Shown here in pieces: positions 62,742 through 64,000 of a stretch of DNA of 64,000 bases. Source of the stretch: Acidimicrobiales bacterium (GTDB lineage: Bacteria; Actinomycetota; Acidimicrobiia; Acidimicrobiales; AC-9); assembly GCA_036270875.1 (NCBI GenBank), contig DATBBR010000074.1, positions 1,040 to 65,039 on the forward strand, written 5' to 3'. The position numbers were made by a program, and so were the translations under genes. The notes below the pieces were generated by a model. It made no database searches. It saw only the letters and a list, made by a program, of their open reading frames with translations, and was not told the DNA's origin. Each line of letters opens with the position of its first letter. Positions within the stretch are counted from its first letter, which is position 1.

Positions 62742-63895
62742 CCGATACCGTGCGGCTCAGCCTCGACGTCAGCGCCGTGCCGGCCGAGCCGGCGGGAGCA
62801 GGCCGGTACACGCTCGGGTTGGCCGCCGCCCTGGCCGATCGACGCGACGTCGAGCTGACGCTGGTATCGAGGTCGGAGGACGCCGAGCGTTGGCGGGACC
62901 TGGCACCGCATGCTGCCGTGGAGGCGGTGGCACCCGCCGCCCGGCCGCTGCGCCTGGCCTGGGAGCAGACCCGGCTGCCGATGCGTTTGCGCCGGCTCCC
63001 CGTCGATGTCCACCACGGCCCCCACTACACGATGCCGGAGGCGTCGTCGATGCCGCGCGTCGTGACCATTCACGACCTGACGTTCTTCGACCATCCCGAG
63101 TGGCATCGTCGCACGCGGGTCCCGTTCTTCCGCCGGGCCATCCGGGTGGCGGCCCGCCACGCCGAGGCGTTGGTGTGCGTGAGCGCCCGCACCGCTGAGC
63201 GCCTGGCGGAGATCAGCCCCCCGTCGGGACCGGTGTTCGTCGTGCCGCATGGCGTCGATCACGAGCGCTTCCGCCCCGACGAGCCCCAGCCTGGTGCCGA
63301 CAGGGCGGCTCTGACCGGCCTTGGGATCACCGGCGCCTACGTGGCCTTCGTCGGAACACTCGAGCCCCGCAAGGACGTGCCGACACTGGTGCGCGCCTTC
63401 GACCGAATGTGCGGGGCCCACCCGGGGCTCAGCCTCGTCCTGGCCGGCGGAGCCGGCTGGGGGGCCGTGGCAGTCGACCGCGCGGTCGCCGAGTCCCGCG
63501 ACCCCGACCGAATCGTGCGCGCCGGCTACGTCGCCGACGCCGACGTCGCCGCCCTGCTGCGGCAGGCAGCCGCCGTCGCCTATCCGTCTCTGGAGGAGGG
63601 CTTCGGGCTTCCGGCGCTGGAGGCGCTGGCATGCGGCGCCCCGCTGGTCACGACCACCGGCTCCGCCATGCAGGAGGTGGTCCAGGGGGCCGCGGTCCTG
63701 GTCACCCCGGGCGACGTGGACGGGCTGGCCGGTGCCCTCGATCTCCTCGTGCGCCGCGACGACGGGTTGCCCACCCGGCGGACGCGGGGGCTGGCCGTGG
63801 CCGCCCGGCACAACTGGGAGGCCAGCGCCGCCGGCCACCTGGACGCCTATCGAGCGGCGATCGCGTCCGGAAAGGGCCCCAGAGAGCCCGACTAG
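62738..63895 (+). CDS. GT4 (GT-B) glycosyltransferase
   Basis: VTIHDLTF, GTLEPRKD, PSLEEGFGLPALEAL; GTGA overlap. Confidence 0.9.
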   Translation: MTDTVRLSLDVSAVPAEPAGAGRYTLGLAAALADRRDVELTLVSRSEDAERWRDLAPHAAVEAVAPAARPLRLAWEQTRLPMRLRRLPVDVHHGPHYTMPEASSMPRVVTIHDLTFFDHPEWHRRTRVPFFRRAIRVAARHAEALVCVSARTAERLAEISPPSGPVFVVPHGVDHERFRPDEPQPGADRAALTGLGITGAYVAFVGTLEPRKDVPTLVRAFDRMCGAHPGLSLVLAGGAGWGAVAVDRAVAESRDPDRIVRAGYVADADVAALLRQAAAVAYPSLEEGFGLPALEALACGAPLVTTTGSAMQEVVQGAAVLVTPGDVDGLAGALDLLVRRDDGLPTRRTRGLAVAARHNWEASAAGHLDAYRAAIASGKGPREPD

Positions 63896-63906
63896 CGTGA
63901 GCCGCC

Positions 63907-64000
63907 GTGCGAGTGTTCGTCACGGGCGGGCAGGGTTTCGTCGGGACCTGGCTCCAGGCTCACCTCCGCGAGGCGGGGGACGACGTCGACGTCGCCGGCC
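63907..64000 (+). CDS. NAD-dependent epimerase/reductase, N-terminal fragment (possibly Rmd/Gmd-like), truncated by the window
   Basis: MRVFVTGGQGFVGTWLQAHL Rossmann motif; only 31 codons visible. Confidence 0.7.
   Translation, partial: MRVFVTGGQGFVGTWLQAHLREAGDDVDVAG

Overview
High-GC actinobacterial chromosomal window; gene content suggests class Acidimicrobiia (inference). About 59 CDS on both strands. No rRNA, tRNA, CRISPR array, transposase or integrase was seen. (1) 1-23.4 kb is central metabolism and cofactors: thiE, aceE, rnhA, a hydantoinase/oxoprolinase pair, lpdA, an E2 acyltransferase, a fused lipB-lipA, metH, a PduO-type adenosyltransferase and pepA. (2) 23.4-39.4 kb is an accessory-looking block: hypothetical proteins, an orphan ParA, two class III nucleotide cyclases with unusual N-termini, a PhnZ-like HD protein, a PaoABC-type molybdoenzyme, a Rieske oxygenase, an acyl-CoA ligase and a sirtuin. 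(3) 39.4-64 kb holds moeB, methylmalonyl-CoA mutase, a biotin carboxylase, birA and a large surface-glycan locus (LCP, rmlB, rmlD, ugd, uxs-like, GT2s, three GT4s) interrupted by cofE-cofD. The main unexplained signals are a structured ~200-nt intergenic element at 1418-1634 with a 17-nt complement to the 16S rRNA 3' tail and a 14-codon ORF, a palindromic repeat cluster with a small stop-less ORF at 12031-12542, and a 15-bp tandem repeat between the divergent carboxylase and birA genes. Start codons were chosen by eye, and product calls rest on recognised motifs, not database searches.
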